From the NCBI GenBank assembly GCA_947246355.1, contig CAMXQX010000001.1, positions 1-63,544 on the forward strand: DNA of 63,544 nt, read 5' to 3'. Under the pieces are notes generated by a model. The model did not search any database. It was not told the origin of the DNA and was given only the letters and a program-made list of their open reading frames with translations. How positions within the stretch are numbered: the first letter of the stretch is position 1; every line of letters starts with the position of its first letter. This stretch comes from an uncultured Bacillota bacterium. Lineage in GTDB: Bacteria > Bacillota_I > Bacilli_A > RF39 > UBA660. Shown piece by piece: positions 48,470 to 58,676 of this stretch. The position numbers and the translations under genes are program-made.

Positions 48470-48850
48470 TCAATTTTCTTCGTTTCTTATTTTTCCATCC
48501 TCATAAATAGCAATGCTTGTATATAGTTCTATTTTAGCGTAAATGACTACATAGTCCTTTATTTTAAAAATAGCATTTTTCTCATTGGTTACTTTAAGCT
48601 TGGTCTTTAACGAGACATTTCTTTCGCTTGTTAAAATCCCATCTTTCATAAAATAAGTCCCATCATACTGTATATTTTCACCATCTATTTTAGAAAGTAC
48701 CATCTCGTTTTCAATCGCATCAATATATTTTAATAACAAGGTATTGACTGCTAATTTATCGTAAGGCATAGACCCCTCTTCTTGTTTCTTTGAAAAACAG
48801 CTTGTACATAAGCAACAAACGAAAAACAATACACCTAGCTTTTTTAGCAT
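48470..48850 (-). CDS. Hypothetical secreted protein or lipoprotein
   Basis: 126 aa with a signal-like N-terminus (MLKKLGVLFFVCCLCTSCFSKK). The lipobox is imperfect. Confidence 0.5.
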   Translation of the reverse strand: MLKKLGVLFFVCCLCTSCFSKKQEEGSMPYDKLAVNTLLLKYIDAIENEMVLSKIDGENIQYDGTYFMKDGILTSERNVSLKTKLKVTNEKNAIFKIKDYVVIYAKIELYTSIAIYEDGKIRNEEN

Positions 48851-48952
48851 TTTTACCGACTTCTTCCCTTTTTCTATCCATTTTATTTACTACAATTCGT
48901 TTCTATTTTTTTACTTTCTCGTCAAGCAAAAAAGGAAACAAAATCGTTTCTC

Positions 48953-50203
48953 TTAATTGTTGTCTTTTAAAATTGCAATGGCTTTTCGCATTTTCATATC
49001 GTATGCAATCATCTCTTCGCCACCACATAATTTTAAAAATTCTTCTTCACTCATTTTATATTCTTCCGTCAATTTCTTAATTTCTGCCTCAATTTCCTCT
49101 TTTGGAATGTCGATCTTTTCCATCTTTGCAATTTCTTCTAATAAAAATCTTGATTTTACTCGTTTTTCAGCCTCTGGATGCATTTGTTCTTTGAGTGCTT
49201 CTTCATTGGAAGAAGTAAATTTATAAAATTGTTCTAATGTAATTCCTTGCATTTGTAAATTTTGACTGTATTGTTCTATCATTCGGTCTAATTCATCATG
49301 AATCATTTGATGTGGAATTTCAACTTCCATATGACTAATCGCTTTATCCAATACTTCATCCATAAATTTATTTTCTGCCTCATGTGTCTTTCTTGCTTCA
49401 ATGTTTTTCTTTAATTCTTCTCTTAAAGCTGCTTCACTATGAATGCCCTCCATACCAAGATCCTCAAAAAATTCTTCATTGAGTGCAGGAATTTTTGTTT
49501 CCTTAATTTCATTTACAGTTACCTTAAATACAACAGAAGCTCCTTTTAAATCTTCCGCATGATAATCACTAGGGAAAGTCAAATGAATATCTTTTGTTTC
49601 TTTCTTTTTCATTCCAATGAGTTGTTCTTCAAAACCTGGAATAAAAGTATTGGAACCAATCGTTAACGAATAATTTTCTCCTTTACCACCTTCAAAGGCA
49701 ACATCATCTTTAAAGCCTTCAAAATCAATGATAGCGGTATCTCCCTCTTCTACTGATCCCTCTTTCACTACTTCCTCTGCATAGCGTTTACGCATATTTT
49801 CTAACGAAGCATTTACTTCTTCATCCGTGACTTTGACTTTTTCTTTTTTTACACCTAATTTTTTATATTCACCTAATTTTACATTTGGCCTTAAAGTTAA
49901 AGTAAATAAAAATTCTATATAGTCATCGGTCATTCCACTAATGGTAGCATCAGGACGAGTTACAATTTCAACATCCCCATTTTCCTTCATGACTTCTTCG
50001 TAAACAGATTGAATAAGAGCATCTGCTGCATCCAACCAAATGTTGTTTTTTCCATATTCTTTGATTACAATATTAAGAGGAGCTTTTCCTTTACGAAAAC
50101 CTTTAATGGAAATCTTTTTTTGAATTTCTTTGGTTGCTTTTTCGACGGCATTTTTCCATGCTTCTCCCTCAATTTTCTTTTTAATTTCTTTTATATTTGC
50201 CAT
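48953..50203 (-). CDS. tig: Trigger factor
   Basis: 416 aa. Ribosome-binding signature GFRKGKAP, FKBP-type PPIase middle domain, helical C-terminal domain. Confidence 0.94.
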   Translation of the reverse strand: MANIKEIKKKIEGEAWKNAVEKATKEIQKKISIKGFRKGKAPLNIVIKEYGKNNIWLDAADALIQSVYEEVMKENGDVEIVTRPDATISGMTDDYIEFLFTLTLRPNVKLGEYKKLGVKKEKVKVTDEEVNASLENMRKRYAEEVVKEGSVEEGDTAIIDFEGFKDDVAFEGGKGENYSLTIGSNTFIPGFEEQLIGMKKKETKDIHLTFPSDYHAEDLKGASVVFKVTVNEIKETKIPALNEEFFEDLGMEGIHSEAALREELKKNIEARKTHEAENKFMDEVLDKAISHMEVEIPHQMIHDELDRMIEQYSQNLQMQGITLEQFYKFTSSNEEALKEQMHPEAEKRVKSRFLLEEIAKMEKIDIPKEEIEAEIKKLTEEYKMSEEEFLKLCGGEEMIAYDMKMRKAIAILKDNN

Positions 50204-50330
50204 AATTCCTAATTCCTTTCTTCACTACTTCTTTAGTATATAATAAATTTGTATCTTTAGCAAGACAATGCTCTCATTTTTCTATGGATTCGAAAGAAAA
50301 AGAATGCTTATATTCATTCCTTTTTTCGTT

Positions 50331-50801
50331 TTAAAAAACATCGATAATTTCTATATTATAGTTTCCATTTGGACTTGTAACTGTCACAATTTCTCCTTTT
50401 TTATGCCCTAAAATTGCTCGCGCAATAGGTGATTCATTCGAAATTTTATTTGCAAATGGATCGGCTTCTTGACTTCCCACAATCGTATATTCATCAGTTT
50501 CACTATCTTCTACATATTTTACTTTTACACTGCATCCAATGGAAACTTCTCCATTTTGGGATTCTTCAATGACGACTGCGTTTTCAATCATGGCTTCCAA
50601 TTGCACAATTCTACCTTCTACTTCTCTTTGCGCTTCTCTTGCCGCATCGTATTCGGCATTTTCAGATAAATCGCCAAGACCTCTTGCATCACGAAGCAAA
50701 TCAATGACTTCAGGCCTTTTTTCTGTTTTTAAATATTGTAACTCCTCTTTTAGCTCCTTTAGGCCTGCCTCGGTTAAATAAACTTCTTTTCCGTTTGCCA
50801 T
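50331..50801 (-). CDS. greA: Transcription elongation factor GreA
   Basis: 156 aa: LT..G...L..EL..L...RPEV......AR..GDLSENAEYDAA. Confidence 0.94.
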   Translation of the reverse strand: MANGKEVYLTEAGLKELKEELQYLKTEKRPEVIDLLRDARGLGDLSENAEYDAAREAQREVEGRIVQLEAMIENAVVIEESQNGEVSIGCSVKVKYVEDSETDEYTIVGSQEADPFANKISNESPIARAILGHKKGEIVTVTSPNGNYNIEIIDVF

Positions 50802-50884
50802 ATTTATCTCCTCTTTCTCATTTTCAAAACTTCTAACATACTATCACAAAGAGATATGTTTGTCAATTTTCTCCATAAAATTGT

Positions 50885-52081
50885 TTATAAAATTTTTCTT
50901 CGAATTAAATCCTTCGCTCGTACTTCTTTTTTGACTCGCAACTGAACAATTTGTTTTGGATGGCGAACAACATCAATTCTATTTCCTTCTTCATCATAAA
51001 TTTCTTCTATTGTCATCGAAAATACATTTGTATTAGGGCCAAAAATTTCAATCTCCTCCTGCAAAGAAAAATAATTTCTCTGTTCAACAAGTGCGAACCC
51101 AGTCGTGGAATCGTAAGATAGGACTACGCCTAAAAAATCTTGATTTGAGATTTCCTCTCTCCCATTATAATACCCCATATTTTCATCATTGACTCCATTT
51201 ATAAATTGAACAACCGAATCACGATTGGCACAGTTTCGAAGAACCTTTTCAAATTCTTGATTGTATTGGTATGTTTTTGGATTAGAACAATAACCATCGA
51301 TTGCTTTTCTATAGATATTTAAAACGGTGGCAATATAATAAATAGACCGCATTCTACCTTCTATTTTAAAAGAAGAAATTCCTGCATCTATCATTTGAGG
51401 AAGATAGGATAACATGGATAAATCTTTCGAACAAAATGTAAACGGTTGTTCCCCTTTCAATTCCTTATTTTTCGCATATAAACGAAAATCCCATCTACAA
51501 ATTTGCGCACAACCTCCACGATTGGCATCACGATTCGTAAAAAAATTGGATAAGACACAACGGCCACTAACTCCTGCACACATTGCACCATGAATAAAAC
51601 ATTCGATTTCAAGTTTTGGAAGTTTTTCTTTTATTTCCAAAATTTCTCGCATCGTTGCTTCTCGACCTAAGACGACTCTTTTCACCCCCATGGCATACCA
51701 CCACTTACAAGCCTCATGGTTTAGTGTGGATTGTTGTGTAGAAACATGCACTTCCAAACCCTTTTCTATCGCTTTTTTTATAATGGCGGGGTCACTTACA
51801 ATCACGGCATCTACATCGATTCTTTTTAATTGTTCTAATGTGGTATCCACCTCTTTTACTTCTGCATTATGTAGAACAATATTAAGAGTGACATGCACTC
51901 TTTTCCCTCTTTCATGGGCGTATTTTATTCCTTCTTCCATTTCTGCAAACGTAAAATTTTTCGCATTGGCACGAAGTCCTAAAGAAGGTCCTCCAATATA
52001 AACGGCATCGGCTCCATAGTCAATCGCCCATTTCAATCTTTCTAAATCTCCTGCTGGAGCAAGTAATTCTGGCTTTTTCAT
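50885..52081 (-). CDS. Peptidase U32 family protein (YrrO/TrhP-like)
   Basis: 398 aa. N-terminal PELLAPAG and the U32 signature region E.F.HGA.C...SGRC.LS. Confidence 0.85.
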   Translation of the reverse strand: MKKPELLAPAGDLERLKWAIDYGADAVYIGGPSLGLRANAKNFTFAEMEEGIKYAHERGKRVHVTLNIVLHNAEVKEVDTTLEQLKRIDVDAVIVSDPAIIKKAIEKGLEVHVSTQQSTLNHEACKWWYAMGVKRVVLGREATMREILEIKEKLPKLEIECFIHGAMCAGVSGRCVLSNFFTNRDANRGGCAQICRWDFRLYAKNKELKGEQPFTFCSKDLSMLSYLPQMIDAGISSFKIEGRMRSIYYIATVLNIYRKAIDGYCSNPKTYQYNQEFEKVLRNCANRDSVVQFINGVNDENMGYYNGREEISNQDFLGVVLSYDSTTGFALVEQRNYFSLQEEIEIFGPNTNVFSMTIEEIYDEEGNRIDVVRHPKQIVQLRVKKEVRAKDLIRRKIL

Positions 52082-52926
52082 AAATCTCTCACCCGGTAGA
52101 CTGTTTTTGTATTAAAAAATCCATTATGGAAAGGATACAATTTTTCTAGCCCTTCTTTATCTCTTTCTCTATAACAACGAAGGACTTCTATAAATTTTTC
52201 CTCTTCGATAGCAAAACTAGAAAAGAAAAGATAATCTACCTCTAATTTTTCCATTTCTAAATAAGCATTTAAAACAGTAGACGTATAAACTTCAGTGGAA
52301 TCTCCTTCTTCTTTGATAGGATATTTTTCTCCTGCTTTTTCTATAAAATAGTTGACTCCTTCTTCTTTGATAGAAAATGTTTTTTTGTAATTACTGATGA
52401 AGGGGCGTTTACTATAAAACATAGGAACGTATCCAAATACTTGTGCAATTAATTTCATGTTGGTATTCTTTCTTATTTCCTTTATTTCTTCCGTTGTAAT
52501 CTCACATGATAATTGTGTATAAAGAACATTAAATTCATGCCAATAATTCATTGTTGCATAATTGGTAGTAAAATGTTCTTGGCTCCATAAAAGTGGTGTC
52601 AAGAACCCTCGCCTTTTCATAATAGATGGGATACTCACATCATAAAAAGCTATACCATCTATATGCAATTTTTCGATTGCTTCTAATACATTCTCTAAAG
52701 GTTCTAAATCTTTAGAAAACATATTCTTATTAAGAGAAATGAAAATTTGCTTTTTCTTTTCTTTTAATAAAGAAACAAGATTCTTTACCTCCTCTATCGA
52801 AAAAGAACCAACTTCATTGACGCTAAAGCCTTCTATTCCAAACAAATAAGCATCTACAAAAGGAAGAGTCTTTGGTAGCATTTCTTTCTTTTTTAATGTT
52901 ATCATCATCTTTGGCATACGTCTCAC
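52078..52926 (-). CDS. Peptidase U32 family protein, short paralog (YrrN-like)
   Basis: 282 aa, overlapping the start of the downstream U32 gene. Same arrangement as B. subtilis yrrN-yrrO. Confidence 0.75.
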   Translation of the reverse strand: MRRMPKMMITLKKKEMLPKTLPFVDAYLFGIEGFSVNEVGSFSIEEVKNLVSLLKEKKKQIFISLNKNMFSKDLEPLENVLEAIEKLHIDGIAFYDVSIPSIMKRRGFLTPLLWSQEHFTTNYATMNYWHEFNVLYTQLSCEITTEEIKEIRKNTNMKLIAQVFGYVPMFYSKRPFISNYKKTFSIKEEGVNYFIEKAGEKYPIKEEGDSTEVYTSTVLNAYLEMEKLEVDYLFFSSFAIEEEKFIEVLRCYRERDKEGLEKLYPFHNGFFNTKTVYRVRDL

Positions 52927-52990
52927 TTCCTAATTTCATTATAACAAATTTTATAAAAAAAGAAACGTTTTTCCATTTCTTTTTTATCCA

Positions 52991-53401
52991 TTAAATTTCA
53001 ATGGCAGTTGCCTTTGGATAAACCTGTAGCCATTCCTCTAAAGTAGCACCCGCATTTACTAAGATTACATTTTGAAAGAAATTCTGTCCCTCTTCGTAAA
53101 AGAAATCATTTTTTAAAGTACTTAATAGAATACCTTCTTTGTAGCTTGCTAAAAACCGATTGATACCTAAATAAGAATAGTTTGGATATAACGTACAGTT
53201 CTCAATTTCACTATTCATAATTTTTAAAGTAGTGAAAGGGTCTCCATCATAAATAAGTAAAGCATTTTGAAAGGAATAAGGGCTTTTATTTTGCGCATGC
53301 TCTACTAATTCCTCTACTGTAAGAGAAGCAAACATAATCTGATTGTCTATCTTTAAAATTTCTTCTAAAATTTTTCCATTGCTTTCTATATATTCTCTCA
53401 T
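52991..53401 (-). CDS. Hypothetical protein (136 aa)
   Basis: ORF whose ATG overlaps the stop of the upstream 506-aa gene (ATGA at 53398..53401). No family recognised. Confidence 0.6.
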   Translation of the reverse strand: MREYIESNGKILEEILKIDNQIMFASLTVEELVEHAQNKSPYSFQNALLIYDGDPFTTLKIMNSEIENCTLYPNYSYLGINRFLASYKEGILLSTLKNDFFYEEGQNFFQNVILVNAGATLEEWLQVYPKATAIEI

Positions 53402-54918
53402 GATTTCACCAAATTTTTTGGCTTTTCGGCATTATTTACCAATGCTTCTATGTAATCAAGTATAGTATCACTATATTCCATGTTCTCTACTTCCATCCGA
53501 ACTCTATGCATAAAGTTTTTAGTATGATTTATCACACAAGCATTTTGATCTACCTTTGATTTCATAAAATCACGAATATTAGTTTTTGATTCTTTCGAAA
53601 GTTCCCCAAAATATTCAATACTCATGACGAAGATCGCTTCATAGTAAGCAGGAACAAGTCCTTTTTTGGTCTTTTTATAAAATTTTTCCATAATAACTTT
53701 CCCATTAGGAAATACATAAGCAACGTATCCTTCTAAATGATTAACTCCTCGTAATATTGTAATATAGGGAAGATTTTGGAATAAAGCGATCTTATCTTCT
53801 AAAAGTTTTTCCTTTTTCTCCTCTTCGTCTCTTTTTTCACTACTGGTTGCATAATGTGTTGATAAGCCTCTTGTACTTCCTTCTTTTCTTTTCTCTGTAG
53901 GCAAGAACTCCCAGCTTAACTGCATATCTTTTTTAAAAGACGCCAATCTCTGCTTCTTTCTTTTTTCCTCTTCTTCTAATTTTAGTTTGGCGTTTAGATC
54001 TACTAAACAGGTCTCTAACATTTCTTGCGTTGAAGAAAATCCACATTGTTCTATGTCTTCTCTTTTGTTTTGTGTTAAATACTGTAAAACCTCTTTAGCA
54101 GTTACTATCCCTGCTTTTTGATATTTTGTAGAATTTTTTACTATGTAACTAGGATTAAAATGTGGATCTTCTTGCATTCTGTATTGTACATAATAGCAAT
54201 ACCTTTGTAAAAAGGAATACATCTCTTTAGTAAAATGCTGCTGACTAAAACAAAGATTTATAGCAGATTGAGCAAGCAATAAAAGTAACTTTTCTTGGTA
54301 AAACAAGTCTAAAATTTCATTCGGTATCTCTTTTTCATAGACTACAAAAATTTCTTCCAAATGATGGATGGCCCATGTAATGATACTTCTACTTTGTATC
54401 ATATTTTCTCGTTCGATTACGTATTTTTTTCCATCTCTTCCTAATAAAACAACAAGATCATTTTGAAGGAGTGTGGAACTTAAATGTTTCTTTATCCTTT
54501 GAAGTATCTCCTTTATTTGGTTGATAAATCTCTCCTTGTCCTCGTTATAATATAAATTAGCCACTTCTATATACTCTCTATCTGAAATAAAATTTAAATC
54601 ACAAGCATACATTAATCCTTGTAAAAATAGATTTACATCCAATTTAAAATGAATTCCGTCTTCTTTTTGATATAAACTTACATGTCCAAGTATCTTTTTT
54701 ATCTCTGGTGGTAAAGCAGGAAGTGTATCTAAAACGTCTTGATGAAATTGCTGCACTTTTTGCTCGTATTGTTCTAAATTATATTGTTTTGGAAAAAGAG
54801 AAGACATATAGCTATTTAGTAAAAAGGCTTTTTTTACCTTGCCCTCCTCTTTTTCCTGTAAATAAAAAGAACCATTAATCAATCTTTTAAAATCATCCCA
54901 AGTCAAATAATTTTCCAT
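53398..54918 (-). CDS. Hypothetical protein (506 aa)
   Basis: Start moved to the ATG at 54918 (MENYLTWDDF) with a GGGGGGA RBS. Helical N-terminal ~330 aa, a K/E-rich linker, and a distinct ~130-aa C-terminal domain (GVNHLEGYVAYVFPNGKVIMEKF...EAIFVMSIEYF). No family recognised. Confidence 0.6.
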   Translation of the reverse strand: MENYLTWDDFKRLINGSFYLQEKEEGKVKKAFLLNSYMSSLFPKQYNLEQYEQKVQQFHQDVLDTLPALPPEIKKILGHVSLYQKEDGIHFKLDVNLFLQGLMYACDLNFISDREYIEVANLYYNEDKERFINQIKEILQRIKKHLSSTLLQNDLVVLLGRDGKKYVIERENMIQSRSIITWAIHHLEEIFVVYEKEIPNEILDLFYQEKLLLLLAQSAINLCFSQQHFTKEMYSFLQRYCYYVQYRMQEDPHFNPSYIVKNSTKYQKAGIVTAKEVLQYLTQNKREDIEQCGFSSTQEMLETCLVDLNAKLKLEEEEKRKKQRLASFKKDMQLSWEFLPTEKRKEGSTRGLSTHYATSSEKRDEEEKKEKLLEDKIALFQNLPYITILRGVNHLEGYVAYVFPNGKVIMEKFYKKTKKGLVPAYYEAIFVMSIEYFGELSKESKTNIRDFMKSKVDQNACVINHTKNFMHRVRMEVENMEYSDTILDYIEALVNNAEKPKNLVKS

Positions 54919-54980
54919 TTTGATCCCCCCAATGGCTTCTATTATAAAATAAAATATTACCATTATAAAGAAAAAAAGAC

Positions 54981-55580
54981 TTATGCCTTTTTTTTACTTA
55001 CACTAATACCATCCCCTATATCATAAAAATAAGTTTCAAAATTAGGATTTTCTTTTAAAAATACAATGTAATTGTTTAATTTTCGCACGAGTCCACGCAC
55101 ATTTCTACTTAAAATAGGTTCTGTTGTATGTGTAAGTCCATGGAAATTTAGATTGTCTGAAAATACAACTCCTCCTGCTTTTAAAAGAGGCGTAAATTTT
55201 TCAAAAAAGCGAATATATTGGCTTTTGGCAGCATCAATAAAAATGAAATCGTATTCCTCTTTTAAGTCGAGAGAAAAAGCATCCTGATAATAGATGGTGA
55301 TTCTATCCTCTAAGTGAAACTTTTTGATATTTTTTAAAGCTTCTTGGTACCGTTCTTCTTCCCGTTCAACGGTTGTTACATGAATACCTTCGTCGACCAA
55401 GCACATACAAATGGCTGAATATCCTATCGCTGCACCAATTTCTAAAATTTTTTTTACATGGTTTTCTTTAATATAAGAAAGCATAAAAGAAATTCCATCC
55501 TTCATCATAATAGGAATATGATATTCCCTTGCATATGCCTCCAGTTCTTGTATTCTAAGATCCATACCAATTGCCTGCAC
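54981..55580 (-). CDS. trmR: Class I SAM-dependent O-methyltransferase (YrrM/TrmR-like)
   Basis: 199 aa with SAM motif ILEIGAAIGYSA and FIDAAK. Syntenic with mltG and the U32 pair as in B. subtilis yrrM. The start may be the internal ATG at 55565. Confidence 0.8.
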   Translation of the reverse strand: MQAIGMDLRIQELEAYAREYHIPIMMKDGISFMLSYIKENHVKKILEIGAAIGYSAICMCLVDEGIHVTTVEREEERYQEALKNIKKFHLEDRITIYYQDAFSLDLKEEYDFIFIDAAKSQYIRFFEKFTPLLKAGGVVFSDNLNFHGLTHTTEPILSRNVRGLVRKLNNYIVFLKENPNFETYFYDIGDGISVSKKKA

Positions 55581-56640
55581 TTTTTAACTGATTAATTATC
55601 TTCTGATGTTCCTGGTATGTTTCTGAAAAATATACTTTCCTATTTTTATCCGACGCAAAATACAAATAGGAACTATCTGCTGGCTCTAAAACGGCTTTAA
55701 TCGCATCTCTTCCAGGAGAAGAGATAGGCCCAACAGGTAAGCCAGCAATCACATAGGTATTATAACTATTGCTTTTTAAATAACTATCACCAAAAGCATC
55801 CATACCCATCACCTTTTTAGCACCATAGTAAGCAGATGCACAACTTTGTAATTTCATTTTTTTATCTAAACGCGTTAGAAAAACACTTGCCATTTTCTTA
55901 AAATCTTCGACATTGTTCCCTTCGGATTGAATCATAGAAGCAAGCGTAATAATTTCATGAATGGAATATACACTTTTTTCCATTGCTTCTTTATACGGTT
56001 CTAAATTCTTTTCCATACTATCGAGCATGCTTTCAACAATTGTCTCTATTTTGACATCTTTATTCGCAAACTCATATGTATTTGGATACAGATAACCTTC
56101 TAAAGCATAATATATGCCATTATTCAAAATTGCATCTGTTAAAAACCAATATTTAGAAATTAATTCTTTGAGATAGGTTTTATTGATTATTACTTGATAA
56201 AATTCTTCCTCTGTGTGGTTTGTATTTTGCGCAATCAATTTGGCAACTTTTGATACAATGAGTCCTTCTGGAAACGTGATACGAATGGCATCTGGATTTT
56301 CACGGCTTCCGCTTTCTAAAATCTTTAAAATTTCTGCAACAGACATATTTTTATTCAAAACGTACGTCCCCGCTTGTAAATTTCCTACTTTATTCATTTT
56401 TAAATACAATTTATAGGCAAACTCCGATTGAATTAAATTGGCTTCTTTTAAAGAAGAAGAAAGACTCATATAAGTACTCCCCTTTTCAACTTTAAAAGAA
56501 ACTTCTTCACTTTGTTTAGAAACACTTTTTAAATTGGATTTGTAGAAGAGAACAAAACCAAAAACAAAGCATATTGCAAGAAAAAGAAAAAGTCCTATAA
56601 CCGCTAAAACAACCCTTTTATATCTTATTCTTCGTTTCAT
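55555..56640 (-). CDS. mltG: Endolytic murein transglycosylase MltG (YceG-like)
   Basis: Start moved to the ATG at 56640 (MKRRIRYKR + TM helix). YceG motifs ITLASMIQSEG and YNTY...GLPVGPISSPG. Confidence 0.9.
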   Translation of the reverse strand: MKRRIRYKRVVLAVIGLFLFLAICFVFGFVLFYKSNLKSVSKQSEEVSFKVEKGSTYMSLSSSLKEANLIQSEFAYKLYLKMNKVGNLQAGTYVLNKNMSVAEILKILESGSRENPDAIRITFPEGLIVSKVAKLIAQNTNHTEEEFYQVIINKTYLKELISKYWFLTDAILNNGIYYALEGYLYPNTYEFANKDVKIETIVESMLDSMEKNLEPYKEAMEKSVYSIHEIITLASMIQSEGNNVEDFKKMASVFLTRLDKKMKLQSCASAYYGAKKVMGMDAFGDSYLKSNSYNTYVIAGLPVGPISSPGRDAIKAVLEPADSSYLYFASDKNRKVYFSETYQEHQKIINQLKSAGNWYGS

Positions 56641-56656
56641 AATACTACAAAACGAG

Positions 56657-56950
56657 CTATTCTTGCTCGCTTTCCTCCACTGCCTTTTTTGCTTCCTCTT
56701 GCAATTCGCCAAGAATTTTTTCAATAATCGCCCATTCGGCATCGGTTGTAATTGGCTCTAATTTTGTCTCCTCTGTATTTGGAGTATAAATAGAGGCATA
56801 TACTTTTGTATTTCCTTCTGTATCGGTTGTATTGTCTGTATATACAATATAATTTTTATGTGTTTCGTCCGATTCAAAAGTAAACAATACCTCACATTCT
56901 ATTTCTTTCCCATTATCATCAAATACTTTAAACGTCATTTTTTCTTCCAT
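56657..56950 (-). CDS. DUF1292 family protein (YrzB-like)
   Basis: 97 aa: FKVFDDNGKEIECEVLFTFESDETHKNYIVYTD. Lies between ruvX and mltG as in Bacillus. Confidence 0.8.
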   Translation of the reverse strand: MEEKMTFKVFDDNGKEIECEVLFTFESDETHKNYIVYTDNTTDTEGNTKVYASIYTPNTEETKLEPITTDAEWAIIEKILGELQEEAKKAVEESEQE

Positions 56951-57374
56951 TGTTTCCCGCCTTTCTTTTATCTAAATAGGTTTGAAGAATAATTGTTGCT
57001 GCAACACCATCTACTTTTCTCCTGCGTTTCTTCCTTGACACATTGGCCTCAATTAAATAATGGGTTGCCTCAATCGTAGAAAGTCTTTCATCTTGCATCA
57101 CAACAGGAATCTGGAACCTTTCTTCTAACGCGTCCTTAAATTTTAATGTTCTCCTTGCACTTTCTCCAACACTATTGTTCATATTCTTAGGTAATCCCAA
57201 AACAATCATTTCGATTTTTTCTTCTTGGATGATTTTTGATAAAGAAGTAAGAGCACCCGCATAGTCATTTTCCATAAAACGAATATTGGCATAAAATGTT
57301 GCTATTGTATTGGTTCTATCAGAAATGGCAACACCCAATGTCCTTGTTCCTAAGTCAAGACCGATTACTTTCAT
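56928..57374 (-). CDS. ruvX: Holliday junction resolvase-like protein RuvX (YqgF)
   Basis: 148 aa: MKVIGLDLGTRTLGVAISD...DERLST. Confidence 0.92.
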   Translation of the reverse strand: MKVIGLDLGTRTLGVAISDRTNTIATFYANIRFMENDYAGALTSLSKIIQEEKIEMIVLGLPKNMNNSVGESARRTLKFKDALEERFQIPVVMQDERLSTIEATHYLIEANVSRKKRRRKVDGVAATIILQTYLDKRKAGNNGRKNDV

Positions 57375-57452
57375 ACTTCCTCTTTTCTAAATTACCTTTT
57401 TCAAGTACACTCTTATTTTACCATGAAGTTTTATTTTATACAAGCTTATCTT

Positions 57453-57971
57453 CTAACTGCTTAGAATATCACTCACCATATCAAAAAAATCCATACAACT
57501 ATCTATAAAAAAATACCACTTATCCCTAAAAAAATTTTGTTTGGCCTTTTGGACATCTACTTCTACATATTCTTTCTGCGGATAGATGGTAGTATGATAC
57601 CTTTTGTATTTCTTTTCCAACTTTTCAAAATCGGTTACATGATAAAGATAGATTTTAAATCGAGTCAATTTTATAAACAAAGGGAGTAATTTTTTTTCAT
57701 AACTTTGAAATTCCTCTTCATGTATAACCAAAACATCTATCCCTTTTTTCCCCAATTTCTTAAGAAGTTGTTTCGAAGTGGTTGTCCTTGCTCTTTTTTT
57801 TCTTTTTTTCTGATTCTTTGTATCCAAATCGATGGAATTTAGAAGAAAGCATTCTTTAATTTTATCATTTTTTTCTATAGATTTTAACTCCTCTTCCCTT
57901 TGAATACCAAAACAAAGAACCCTTCCTTCTAACAAAGAAAAAAGCTTATTTATCTTTTGCATAAAGCACAT
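57453..57971 (-). CDS. Hypothetical protein with a central basic patch
   Basis: 172-aa ORF containing KNQKKRKKRARTTTSKQLLKKLGKKG. No family recognised. Confidence 0.5.
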   Translation of the reverse strand: MCFMQKINKLFSLLEGRVLCFGIQREEELKSIEKNDKIKECFLLNSIDLDTKNQKKRKKRARTTTSKQLLKKLGKKGIDVLVIHEEEFQSYEKKLLPLFIKLTRFKIYLYHVTDFEKLEKKYKRYHTTIYPQKEYVEVDVQKAKQNFFRDKWYFFIDSCMDFFDMVSDILSS

Positions 57972-58635
57972 CCTTTACAATATAACTGGTCATAAGTAAA
58001 CCAGCAACAGAGGGAACAAAAGAAATAGAACCGAGTTCATTGGAAGAATTTTTCCTAGGAATCTCTTCTGAACAAACGACAGGAATTCTTGTACCTATTC
58101 CCTCTTTTTTCGCCTCTTTCCTTAAAATTTTAGCAATAGGGTCATACGATGTATCTTTTAAATCCATGATTTTTAATTTGGTTGGGTCCAATTTATTGGC
58201 TGTTCCCATACACAAAATAAATTTTTGTCCTCTTTTAACGCATTCTTTCATAATCTCTTTTTTTACACCAATGGTATCACAGGCATCTACCAAATAATCG
58301 ATTGGCTCTCGAAATAAGGACGCAACCGTTTCTAAAGTCACTCTATCCTTTAAAGTGACGACTTCACAAGTAGGATGAATATCGAGAACTCTCTCCTTTA
58401 ATACATCCGCTTTATACTTCCCTATGGTTGAAGTAAGAGCCTCCATTTGCCGATTAATATTGGTAAGAGAAATCGTATCAAAGTCTACTAAAACAAGTTT
58501 TTTTACACCTAACCTTGCTAAACTTTCTACTACATAACTCCCTACACCACCAAGACCTAGAATCAAAACGGTTAACTTTCTTATTTTTTTATAATCCTCC
58601 CCTAAGAGAAGTTCTGTCCTTTGCCACTTGTCCAT
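57946..58635 (-). CDS. tcdA: tRNA threonylcarbamoyladenosine dehydratase (ThiF/E1-like, TcdA)
   Basis: Start moved to the ATG at 58635 (MDKWQRTELLLGEDY). Nucleotide-binding motif LGLGGVGSYVVESLARLGV. Confidence 0.85.
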   Translation of the reverse strand: MDKWQRTELLLGEDYKKIRKLTVLILGLGGVGSYVVESLARLGVKKLVLVDFDTISLTNINRQMEALTSTIGKYKADVLKERVLDIHPTCEVVTLKDRVTLETVASLFREPIDYLVDACDTIGVKKEIMKECVKRGQKFILCMGTANKLDPTKLKIMDLKDTSYDPIAKILRKEAKKEGIGTRIPVVCSEEIPRKNSSNELGSISFVPSVAGLLMTSYIVKDVLYAKDK

Positions 58636-58676
58636 ATAACCACCACTTTCATTATAACAAAAAAAGATAGTTTTCC

